Positions 6,133-14,663 of a stretch of DNA of 20,000 nt are shown piece by piece. Source of the stretch: an uncultured virus (IMG/VR IMGVR_UViG_3300017746_000005). Its lineage: Duplodnaviria > Heunggongvirae > Uroviricota > Caudoviricetes. The position numbers were made by a program, and so were the translations under genes. Below the pieces are notes generated by a model. It saw nothing but the letters and a program-made list of their open reading frames with translations, did not search any database and had not been told where the DNA came from. Location: positions 54,074 through 74,073 of the IMG/VR virus record IMGVR_UViG_3300017746_000005. One strand, written 5' to 3'. Positions within the stretch are counted from its first letter, which is position 1. Every line of letters begins with the position of its first letter.

Positions 6133-8423
6133 TGCCCTTAAATCCATTTTTTCTCCACGGTTCACCAAGCGAACAGAGATTGGTTCAGGACTTGGTTAAC
6201 GAACATCTAAAAATGTTCGGTCAGGATGTCTTGTACATGCCTAGGAGGATTGTTAATGAGCAAACAGTTATTAAAGAAATAACTGCATCTAGGTTTGATG
6301 ATAGTTTTAGACTCGAAGCTTACTTGGTTAACTTTGATGGATTTGGAAGTCCATCAGAAATTCTATCAAAATTTGGAGTTAGATCACAAGACGAGATACA
6401 ATTAGTAATATCTAAAGAAAGATATGATGATTTTATATCTCCTCTATTGAAGTTGTGGCCAGAAGATGAAATTAAAGTTGCAACTAGACCTCAAGAAGGA
6501 GATTTAATCTATCTCCCTCTAGACAACGCATTGTTTGAAATTAAGTTTGTAGAGACGAAAGTTCCTTTCTATCAACTCAATGATCTTTACATGTATGAAT
6601 TGAGATGCGAGATCTTTGAATATGAAGATGAGATCATTGATCTTCCAGATACTCTTGCTGGTGTCAATGGCGATGAAGTCATGGAACCAATTGGTATGGG
6701 TGGTCAATTTATATCCCTTCAGTTGGCTAAGGATACTTATGGTAATGCAACTGCATCGGTATCTCTTGCGTCTACAATTTTTGGAACAAAGTCGGTACAG
6801 TATATTCAATTATTTAATGATGGTAATTATAAATCAACACCATCAGTATATGTTTCAAAACCAACCAGAGGAAATCAAGCCACTGGTATTGCAACTGCGG
6901 TCAATGGTCGTGTAAAAACAGTCAATTTGCATTTTGGTGGAACAAATTATATTCAGATTCCACAAGTAACTTTTACACCGCCAAACAGAACGGTAGCAAC
7001 AGAAACAAAGTTTGGAAATAACTCCTTATATCACGACAATACTCAGGATACGGAACAGTCAAGATTTGAGTTCCCAACAAATATTGACTCTAGAGATACT
7101 GAAGATGGGAGATTGTCTTTTAGTATGTGGTTTTATCCAACTACATTTACTCCAAATCCAAGTTATGGTGGAGTTATTTTGTGGTCTGACAGAATCAAAG
7201 TATACCATAGAGATTCTGGAACTGTAGTTTTTGCTTCTGGATCTACTGCCATTGAAAATCCAAATCCACTTACATTGAATGCATGGAACTTCATTAGAAT
7301 TGAACAACATGGTTCTAATGCTAAACTCTGTGTGAATGGTAATCCTGGATCTGAGTATAGTAATGCAGACCCAATCATGTTCTTTGCGAACAACCAACTA
7401 CATTATGGTGCGGATGCTTCTGGTCTAGGCAAACTAGATACAATCAAAGATGGATATATTGGATATCTAGATCATGTGACTCTCAATCTTACTGGGGATA
7501 CTTCGTTTAGAACTGCCAGTGAAGCTCTTGTTCCAACAACAACATCAGAACAAGAAATAGATACACCAACATCCAAGACATCTCAGTTTGTTGAGAACCT
7601 CAATAATGAATATCCAGAAGTATATGCCTCTATAAATGCGGACAGAGAGGTGTCTGGACTGCAAATTGTTTACGGTGGTAGTGGATATGTTTCTAATCCA
7701 TTAATGACTATTGAGAAACCAGATCTTGGACAACAGGCAACTGCAGTTGCTATTATGACGAGCAGGACTGGCGTTTCCAATAAGGCTATTGATAGAGTTC
7801 TATTAATTAACCCAGGAACTGGATACACTACTCCTCCAAATATTACCTTTAGGGGAGGCAAACCAACATCAGTAGCTATTGCTACTGCTATAGTATCTAC
7901 TGGTGTCCTTGGATCAGTAGGAATCGATACCGCTGGATTTGGATACAACTTTACCCCAACTGTAGGGATCACTTCCGTGTTTGTTCCTCAGTCCAGTAAT
8001 ACCTCAGATCTAATTAAAAATGCACAGGCAGAATCAGTTGTAAGCACTGGATCTAGTATCGTTCAAATTAGATTCTCAAATGCAGGTGCGGGTTACACTG
8101 CGATTTCCCCATTGGTAGATATCCAAGAAGTTATAAATCCATTCTTTGGTGATTTCCTAATTGGAGAATCTGTGAGAGGAGTTTCCAGTGGAACAAGCGC
8201 ACTTGTTGCTTCTTGGGATTCTGGTAATAGAATATTAAAACTTGGCAATGCAACTGGAGATTTCCAGTATGGAGAAACTATTGTTGGTGCGGCAGCAAGT
8301 TATACTGTTGCTACTGCCAATTCTAATTTTGAAGGCAATGAGTTTGCTTCCAATGATGAGATTGAATTTGAAGCAGACAACATTATTGATTTTACAGAAA
8401 GAAATCCTTTTGGGGAAGTCTAA
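6132..8423 (+). CDS. g14: Neck protein gp14 (head closure), extended with repeats and a LamG-like insertion
   Basis: N-terminal gp14 core (EQRLVQDLVNEHLKMFGQDVLYMPR...RPQEGDLIYLPL...FEIKFVE...PFYQL...YELRCEIFEY) and conserved C-terminus DFTERNPFGEV. 763 aa. Confidence 0.9.
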   Translation: MPLNPFFLHGSPSEQRLVQDLVNEHLKMFGQDVLYMPRRIVNEQTVIKEITASRFDDSFRLEAYLVNFDGFGSPSEILSKFGVRSQDEIQLVISKERYDDFISPLLKLWPEDEIKVATRPQEGDLIYLPLDNALFEIKFVETKVPFYQLNDLYMYELRCEIFEYEDEIIDLPDTLAGVNGDEVMEPIGMGGQFISLQLAKDTYGNATASVSLASTIFGTKSVQYIQLFNDGNYKSTPSVYVSKPTRGNQATGIATAVNGRVKTVNLHFGGTNYIQIPQVTFTPPNRTVATETKFGNNSLYHDNTQDTEQSRFEFPTNIDSRDTEDGRLSFSMWFYPTTFTPNPSYGGVILWSDRIKVYHRDSGTVVFASGSTAIENPNPLTLNAWNFIRIEQHGSNAKLCVNGNPGSEYSNADPIMFFANNQLHYGADASGLGKLDTIKDGYIGYLDHVTLNLTGDTSFRTASEALVPTTTSEQEIDTPTSKTSQFVENLNNEYPEVYASINADREVSGLQIVYGGSGYVSNPLMTIEKPDLGQQATAVAIMTSRTGVSNKAIDRVLLINPGTGYTTPPNITFRGGKPTSVAIATAIVSTGVLGSVGIDTAGFGYNFTPTVGITSVFVPQSSNTSDLIKNAQAESVVSTGSSIVQIRFSNAGAGYTAISPLVDIQEVINPFFGDFLIGESVRGVSSGTSALVASWDSGNRILKLGNATGDFQYGETIVGAAASYTVATANSNFEGNEFASNDEIEFEADNIIDFTERNPFGEV

Positions 8424-8426
8424 ATA
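8419..8426 (+). promoter_or_regulatory. Late promoter upstream of g15
   Basis: TCTAAATA overlapping the g14 stop, 17 nt before the g15 ATG. Confidence 0.65.
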
Positions 8427-8443
8427 ATTAAAAATACTGTATC

Positions 8444-9523
8444 ATGTTAACTTCTCATTTCTATCACGAAATTATTAGGAAAGTAATTATTTCCTTCGGA
8501 ACCCTTTTTAATGGGATCGAAATAAAGCATCAAGATAAAAATGACAAGACGTTTAGTGTTATTAATGTTCCAATTTCTTACGGACCAACTCAAAAGTTTC
8601 TAGCACGACTAGAGCAAAGTAGAGATTTAAGATCTCCAGGTAAACCAGCTGGTGCGTTGACATTACCGAGAATGTCATTTGAGATGATTGGAGTTCAATA
8701 TGATGCTAGTAGGAAAATTTCTACTATGCAAACTTTTAAGGCTGTTAATAAAGATACAAATAAATTGATTAAGGGATATATGCCTGTCCCATATAATATC
8801 AATATGCAATTGAGTATACTAACAAAACTCAATGAAGATGCTCTAGAAATATTAGAACAAATTTTACCTTATTTTCAACCATCGTTTAATCTAACAGTCA
8901 ATCTCACTGATACTATTGGAGAGACTAGAGATATTCCAATTACATTAGAAGCAATTCAGATGGATGATAATTATGAAGGAGACTTTTTAACAAGAAGAGC
9001 TTTAATTTATACTTTAAATTTTACTTGTAAAGCCTATCTTTACGGTCCTATTAGTGCAACTACTGACGGACTCATCAAGAAAGTTCAAGTTGATTATATG
9101 CAAGGAACTGATAATCGCAAAACTCCAAATAGACAACTTAGGTATACTGCTGTTCCTATTGCTATTAAAGATTATGATAATGATGATACTGCTAGAACTG
9201 GAGAAGTATTTGATGATCGAGTAACGGCATTTACTGTCTCAGATGCAACTCCATTTGTTTCCAATAGCTACATTCAAATTGATGAAGAAGTTATGCGAAT
9301 CAGGTCTAAGAGTGGACAACGGTTGCATGTAGAGAGAGGAGAATACGGAACGGTTGCTGTCCCTCATGATATTGATGTCCAGATCAATGCAATTACTATT
9401 CAAGATGATGTATATGTAGAAGCAAATCTAGATGAGGATGACTTTGGATTTGGTGAAACGAGAACTGAATATTTGGATGGACAAGTCTATAGTATCAGTC
9501 AGAGTAGAGATTCTGACTTATGA
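8444..9523 (+). CDS. g15: Tail sheath stabiliser / tail terminator gp15, with a C-terminal extension
   Basis: HFYHEIIRKVIISFGTLFN...VPISYGPTQKFLARL...LTLPRMSFE...QILPYFQP...DDNYEGDF..RR.LIYTL.F. Confidence 0.95.
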   Translation: MLTSHFYHEIIRKVIISFGTLFNGIEIKHQDKNDKTFSVINVPISYGPTQKFLARLEQSRDLRSPGKPAGALTLPRMSFEMIGVQYDASRKISTMQTFKAVNKDTNKLIKGYMPVPYNINMQLSILTKLNEDALEILEQILPYFQPSFNLTVNLTDTIGETRDIPITLEAIQMDDNYEGDFLTRRALIYTLNFTCKAYLYGPISATTDGLIKKVQVDYMQGTDNRKTPNRQLRYTAVPIAIKDYDNDDTARTGEVFDDRVTAFTVSDATPFVSNSYIQIDEEVMRIRSKSGQRLHVERGEYGTVAVPHDIDVQINAITIQDDVYVEANLDEDDFGFGETRTEYLDGQVYSISQSRDSDL

Positions 9524-9948
9524 GTAAAAACTTTGATAGTATTGACGAGTCGTTAGATATTACTCCTTCGGAAGTATTACCCGAAGAAAAACCTGTCGTC
9601 AAAAAGAAACCTGTACGGGAAGAGAAGCCGGATATTGACCGAGACTATGAATATACTAGAGGTCATTTGTATTCCTTGATTGAGAAAGGACAGGAAGCAA
9701 TTGATGGTATTCTTGAGTTATCACAAGAATCGGATTCACCTAGAGCTTATGAGGTTGCTGGGCAGTTAATAAAGAATGTTGCGGATACCACAGATAAATT
9801 GATGGATCTTCAAAAGAAACTAAAGGATGTTAACGAGGAATCGAAAAAGAGTCCTACCAATGTCACGAATAACGCATTGTTTGTTGGAAGTACAGCAGAT
9901 CTACAAAAGATGCTAAAGCAAGCATCCAAAGATAATCAATCTAAATAA
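9520..9948 (+). CDS. g16: Terminase small subunit gp16
   Basis: DYEYTRGHLYSLIEKGQEAIDGILELSQESDSPRAYEVAGQLIK...NNALFVGSTADLQKMLK. Confidence 0.95.
   Translation: MSKNFDSIDESLDITPSEVLPEEKPVVKKKPVREEKPDIDRDYEYTRGHLYSLIEKGQEAIDGILELSQESDSPRAYEVAGQLIKNVADTTDKLMDLQKKLKDVNEESKKSPTNVTNNALFVGSTADLQKMLKQASKDNQSK
9940..9947 (+). promoter_or_regulatory. Late promoter upstream of the 82-aa ORF and g17
   Basis: TCTAAATA at the 3' end of g16. Confidence 0.6.
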
Positions 9949-9969
9949 TCATATAGATGTCTCTGAAAC

Positions 9970-10218
9970 ATGAAATCTTTCCAAATATTTCTAGGTGAAG
10001 GTGCAGACCGAATTGCTATGTACGGAAATTACTATACTATTAATCTAGTCTTTAGAGGGTCAACTAGATCTCTCCAAATGTTCTTCCCTCAAAGAGGAAG
10101 ACCTGTAAAGAAAGATGTTCAGTCTGAAGTGGATAAGGTATATCCTGGAGCAAAGGTAATTTATTTTTACCCTGCGGTGAAAGACCCTAGAGAACCCCTT
10201 TTTATGGTAAACCCCTGA
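9970..10218 (+). CDS. Hypothetical protein (82 aa), possible internal head protein
   Basis: Fills the g16-g17 gap and follows a late promoter. Its N-terminus MKSFQIFLGE resembles T4 capsid-targeting sequences. Confidence 0.7.
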   Translation: MKSFQIFLGEGADRIAMYGNYYTINLVFRGSTRSLQMFFPQRGRPVKKDVQSEVDKVYPGAKVIYFYPAVKDPREPLFMVNP

Positions 10219-10225
10219 ATAAGTT

Positions 10226-11881
10226 ATGTCTGATAATGGTGTATATCTTGGCAACCCAAATCTCAAGAAGTCCAATGTTGCTATTGAGTGGACTCAAGAT
10301 CAAGTTAAAGAATACTTAAAGTGTAAGGAAGATCCTTTATATTTTGCAGTTAATTATGTGAAGATTATCAGTCTCGATGAAGGACTGGTTCCGTTCAAAA
10401 TGTATGATTTTCAGGAAAAACTTGTAAAAAATTTCCATGAAAACAGATTCAACATTTGTAAGATGCCCCGACAGTCGGGAAAATCAACAACCGTCGTTTC
10501 ATATCTCCTACATTATGCACTCTTCAACGATAGCGTTACTATTGGTATACTTGCAAACAAAGCTGCAACTGCCAGAGAACTCTTAGGAAGACTCCAAACT
10601 GCTTATGAGGCATTACCTCATTGGATGCAACAGGGTATTGTTGCATGGAATAAAGGTTCCATGGAGTTGGAAAACAAATCAAAAATTCTTGCTGCATCGA
10701 CATCTGCAAGTGCTGTTCGAGGCATGTCGTTCAACATCATTTTCCTTGATGAGTTTGCGTTCATTCCAAATCACATCGCAGAGGAGTTTTTCAGTTCAGT
10801 ATATCCCACCATTTCATCTGGTAAATCTACAAAAGTAATTATCGTCTCTACCCCAAAGGGTATGAACCATTTTTATAGATTATGGCATGACTCCGAACTT
10901 GGTAGAAATGAATACACGAATACGGAAGTTCATTGGTCAGAAGTTCCTGGTCGTGATGATGCTTGGAAAGAACAGACTATAAAAAATACCTCGGAGTCTC
11001 AGTTCCGAGTTGAGTTTGAATGTGAGTTCTTAGGATCTGTAGACACTCTGATAGCGCCTTCAAAATTGAAGTCGATGGTATATGATGAACCAATAAATAC
11101 TGCAAAAAATGGCGGAGAGATATATTGCCATTCAATGGAGAATCATAATTATATTATGACGGTTGACGTTGCTAGAGGTGTAGAAAAAGATTATTCTGCT
11201 TTTATTGTATTTGATACAACAGAGTTTCCATATAAGGTTGTTGCAAAGTATAGAAATAATTCCATTAGACCAATGTTGTTCCCAAATGTTATTTGGGAAT
11301 TTGCAAAAGCATATAATGATGCATACATTCTATGTGAAGTAAATGATATTGGAGATCAAATTGCAGCAACTCTTCAATACGATTTAGAATATCAAAATTT
11401 ACTCATGTGTTCTATGCGAGGTCGAGCTGGGCAATTAGTTGGTCAAGGATTTTCTGGCAAAAAAACTCAGTTGGGTGTCAAAATGTCTAAGACAGTCAAG
11501 AAAATCGGATCACTAAACTTAAAGACAATGATCGAGTCTGATAAGTTATTGATAACCGATTATAATATTATTGCAGAACTTACGACATTTATTCAAAAAA
11601 ATAATTCTTTTGAAGCTGAAGAAGGATGTAACGATGACCTTGCTATGTGTTTGGTTATTTTTGCTTGGTTAGTCCAACAAGATTATTTCAAAGAAATGTC
11701 CGACGATGATATCAGAAAAAGAATTTACGATGATCAAAGAGATCAAATTGAACAGGATATGGCTCCATTTGGATTTCTAAGTGACGGAATCCATGAAGAG
11801 ACATCATTTGTAGATTCTAGTGGCGATAGATGGCATACGGATGAGTATGGTGATATGTCACATATGTGGGACTATCGGTAG
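10226..11881 (+). CDS. g17: Terminase large subunit gp17
   Basis: YLGNPNLK, Walker A MPRQSGKST, Walker B IIFLDEFAF, coupling motif IVSTPKG, nuclease motifs TVDVARG and NDDLAM. Confidence 0.98.
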   Translation: MSDNGVYLGNPNLKKSNVAIEWTQDQVKEYLKCKEDPLYFAVNYVKIISLDEGLVPFKMYDFQEKLVKNFHENRFNICKMPRQSGKSTTVVSYLLHYALFNDSVTIGILANKAATARELLGRLQTAYEALPHWMQQGIVAWNKGSMELENKSKILAASTSASAVRGMSFNIIFLDEFAFIPNHIAEEFFSSVYPTISSGKSTKVIIVSTPKGMNHFYRLWHDSELGRNEYTNTEVHWSEVPGRDDAWKEQTIKNTSESQFRVEFECEFLGSVDTLIAPSKLKSMVYDEPINTAKNGGEIYCHSMENHNYIMTVDVARGVEKDYSAFIVFDTTEFPYKVVAKYRNNSIRPMLFPNVIWEFAKAYNDAYILCEVNDIGDQIAATLQYDLEYQNLLMCSMRGRAGQLVGQGFSGKKTQLGVKMSKTVKKIGSLNLKTMIESDKLLITDYNIIAELTTFIQKNNSFEAEEGCNDDLAMCLVIFAWLVQQDYFKEMSDDDIRKRIYDDQRDQIEQDMAPFGFLSDGIHEETSFVDSSGDRWHTDEYGDMSHMWDYR

Positions 11882-12106
11882 ATGAACCTAGATGATGAGT
11901 TTGTGTTAGGACATCTTCTTCTAAATGAAAGGAAATGTAGGTCTTGTGGAGAGATAAAAAATTTATTAACAGACTTTTATAGGACGAGAAGAAATAGAAC
12001 CACTGCTTCTGCTTACTCTTATGAGTGTAAGGATTGTACTAAACAACGAGTAATGAGATCTAGGATTACAAAACTAAAAGACACATCTACATACCCAGAC
12101 TGGTAG
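11882..12106 (+). CDS. Small zinc-finger protein (CxxC...CxxC), 74 aa
   Basis: RKCRSCGEIK...FY...YSYECKDC...YPDW. Its ATG directly abuts the g17 TAG. Confidence 0.75.
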   Translation: MNLDDEFVLGHLLLNERKCRSCGEIKNLLTDFYRTRRNRTTASAYSYECKDCTKQRVMRSRITKLKDTSTYPDW

Positions 12107-12146
12107 GGAGTTCATGCATTGTTTCCCCACTTGAAAACGAGTAAAT

Positions 12147-12154
12147 TCTAAATA
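12147..12154 (+). promoter_or_regulatory. Late promoter upstream of g18
   Basis: TCTAAATA in the intergenic region, followed by an AGAGGA RBS before the ATG at 12195. Confidence 0.7.
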
Positions 12155-12194
12155 ATAACAGATAAAAAATGGACTTCTTAAAGAGGAACTAACA

Positions 12195-14624
12195 ATGTCA
12201 TTAAATTTAGTCTCCCCAGGCGTTAAGGTAAGAGAAGTTGACTTAACTATTGGACGTATTGATAATATTAATGATCAGGTGGGTGCCATTGCTGGTCCTT
12301 TTGAAAGAGGACCCGTAGATGTACCACTACTGATTGAAACTGAAAACGATCTTACACAAACGTTTGGTAAGCCACTATCTACTGATTCCCAGTATGAGTA
12401 CTGGATGAGTGCTTCATCGTATCTTTCTTACGGTGGTATTCTAAGAGTCATTAGATCTGCTCACCCAGACCTATCTAACGCCAACGTTGCACTAGCAGGG
12501 GGATCCCTGTCAAACTTGCAGATTAATTCCTCTGAGGATTATACAAATAATCACTTAGAAGATATCAACTGGACATATGCATCGAGAAACCCAGGTTCTT
12601 GGGCAAATGATCTAAAAGTTTGCACGATCGATGCTGCTGCTGACCAAAGACTGGCAATAGGTACAGACGGTCTCCAGGTAGGATATGCAATCACCGCTGG
12701 TTTCACTACAGCAGTAGCATTGAGTAATGGTACTGTCGGAATCGAAACTGGATACCTTAAGGGTGTCATCGCTGCAGTTAATACTAATTCGATTGACGTT
12801 AAAGTTCTATCTCAGCATAACGTCGTAACAGACACATGGTCAGAAACTGATTACCAGGAAGGTAGTTCTACAAGGGCATTCCTTGGATATGACGCAGGAC
12901 AAGAAGCATTCGTTAGTGGTATCAATACAACTAACTTCAACAATAGAAACCTTTATAGAATATTCGATAACGTAGGTGATCAAGTTAGTATTGAAAGGAC
13001 TAGATTCCAAGCAACTGTTGGTATTGGATCCACAATGATTGGATTTGGAGCTGACTTGGATAACACCAAGATTGCTTTTGGTGATAAAGTAAAGTCGGTC
13101 AATGGAAACTACGAAGGAACAGTTATTGGATTCACTACAGAAGGTGATTCAACCACTGCAGTCATCATGGACGTTGCAGCTTCAGTTTCTTTCGCTAATA
13201 CAGACTTCATTGTTAAGTCAGGTATTGGTAGTGGACTTTCACTAAGACAAGGAAATACTGCACAAGACTGGTATAACACACAGACTCTTGGACTAGAAAA
13301 CCAGACAATTTTCTGGAAGTCTCTTGCCGAGAGACCTTCAACATCTGCATATGCTGGAGAGAGAAGTTCTAGATTTGATGAAATGCATATCGTTGTTGTT
13401 GACGATACTGGTAAAGTAACTGGAAGTGCAGGAAACATCGTAGAGAAATGGATCGGTCTTTCTAAGGCTTCTGATGCAAAGATTTCTCCAAGTGCAGATA
13501 TCTTCTACAAAAACTATATTGCACAATATTCCCAAAATCTCTTTGTTGGTGCTGCCCAAACTGGCACATCACTTAAGTTCAGTATGTTGAGTGGTTATAC
13601 TCTAGATGCAAGTGGAACATGGGGACAACTTTCACAAGGAACAACATTTAACGGTGCTGGTGCTCAGACATTCTCCCTTGGAGGGGGTAATGATTATGGT
13701 GGTGTTGGAGTTTACAAGTGTAACCTCTCGGATGTTATTTCTTCGTATACTATCCTAGAAAACCCTGCAGAGTATTCCATTAATTATATTATCCAGGGGC
13801 CTTCATCAGGTGATACTGTTTTTGAGGCACAAGCTAAGGCGAACAAATTGATTCAAATTGCAAATACTCGTAAAGATTGTATTGCATGTATATCTCCATA
13901 CAAACCTGATGTTGTTGGAATTAGTGACTCGGATCAACAGACAAATAATGTTATCAACTTCTATGATAGTCTGTCTTCCAGTTCTTATGCTGTATTTGAT
14001 TCTGGTTACAAGTATACATTTGATAGATTCAATAATTCTTTCAGATATGTTCCTTTGAATGGTGATACTGCTGGTCTCATGGCAAGAACTTCAATCAATT
14101 CTTTCCCATGGTTCTCTCCTGCAGGTTCACAAAGAGGTTCAATTAATAATGCTGTTAAACTGGCATACAACCCATCACAGGCACAGAGAGATCTTCTGTA
14201 TCCCAAGAGAATTAACCCAGTGATATTCTCCCCTGGTGCAGGAATGGTTCTCTATGGTGATAAGACTGCTCTTAAAGAAGCATCTGCATTCGACAGAATT
14301 AACGTTCGTCGTCTGTTCCTCACTATTGAACAGACAATAGAGAGAGCTGCAAGAGCACAACTCTTTGAGTTCAATGACATTCTCACAAGAACTAACTTCT
14401 TGAATATTGTTGAACCATATCTTCGCGATGTTAAGGCGAAGAGGGGCATCATTGATTTCGTTGTCATTTGTGATGACTCTAACAACACACCAGATGTTGT
14501 TGATTCCAATCAGTTCAAAGCTGATATCTTCGTAAAACCAAATAGATCAATCAACTTCATTGGTCTGACATTCGTCGCGACACGCTCGGGAGTCAGTTTT
14601 GATGAAGTAGTTGGTAATGTTTGA
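12195..14624 (+). CDS. g18: Tail sheath protein gp18
   Basis: LVSPGVKVREVDLT, AGPFERGPV, FPWFSPAG..RG, LYGDKT, AFDRINVRRLF, LFEFND..TR, IFVKPNRSINFI.L.FVATR.GV.F.E. Confidence 0.98.
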   Translation: MSLNLVSPGVKVREVDLTIGRIDNINDQVGAIAGPFERGPVDVPLLIETENDLTQTFGKPLSTDSQYEYWMSASSYLSYGGILRVIRSAHPDLSNANVALAGGSLSNLQINSSEDYTNNHLEDINWTYASRNPGSWANDLKVCTIDAAADQRLAIGTDGLQVGYAITAGFTTAVALSNGTVGIETGYLKGVIAAVNTNSIDVKVLSQHNVVTDTWSETDYQEGSSTRAFLGYDAGQEAFVSGINTTNFNNRNLYRIFDNVGDQVSIERTRFQATVGIGSTMIGFGADLDNTKIAFGDKVKSVNGNYEGTVIGFTTEGDSTTAVIMDVAASVSFANTDFIVKSGIGSGLSLRQGNTAQDWYNTQTLGLENQTIFWKSLAERPSTSAYAGERSSRFDEMHIVVVDDTGKVTGSAGNIVEKWIGLSKASDAKISPSADIFYKNYIAQYSQNLFVGAAQTGTSLKFSMLSGYTLDASGTWGQLSQGTTFNGAGAQTFSLGGGNDYGGVGVYKCNLSDVISSYTILENPAEYSINYIIQGPSSGDTVFEAQAKANKLIQIANTRKDCIACISPYKPDVVGISDSDQQTNNVINFYDSLSSSSYAVFDSGYKYTFDRFNNSFRYVPLNGDTAGLMARTSINSFPWFSPAGSQRGSINNAVKLAYNPSQAQRDLLYPKRINPVIFSPGAGMVLYGDKTALKEASAFDRINVRRLFLTIEQTIERAARAQLFEFNDILTRTNFLNIVEPYLRDVKAKRGIIDFVVICDDSNNTPDVVDSNQFKADIFVKPNRSINFIGLTFVATRSGVSFDEVVGNV

Positions 14625-14632
14625 TCCGTCTC

Positions 14633-14640
14633 ACTAAATA
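14633..14640 (+). promoter_or_regulatory. Late promoter upstream of g19
   Basis: ACTAAATA, then an AAGGAG RBS before the ATG at 14664. Confidence 0.7.
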
Positions 14641-14663
14641 ACAGTATAAGGAGTTAATTAGCC

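Noticed and set aside
6519..8427. Several short alternative-frame and antisense ORFs within g14
   Set aside because: They are fully nested in a well-supported gene and have no motifs or RBS. They are expected by-products of codon bias.
12551..14509. Antisense and alternative-frame ORFs within g18
   Set aside because: Shadow ORFs typical of strongly biased structural genes.
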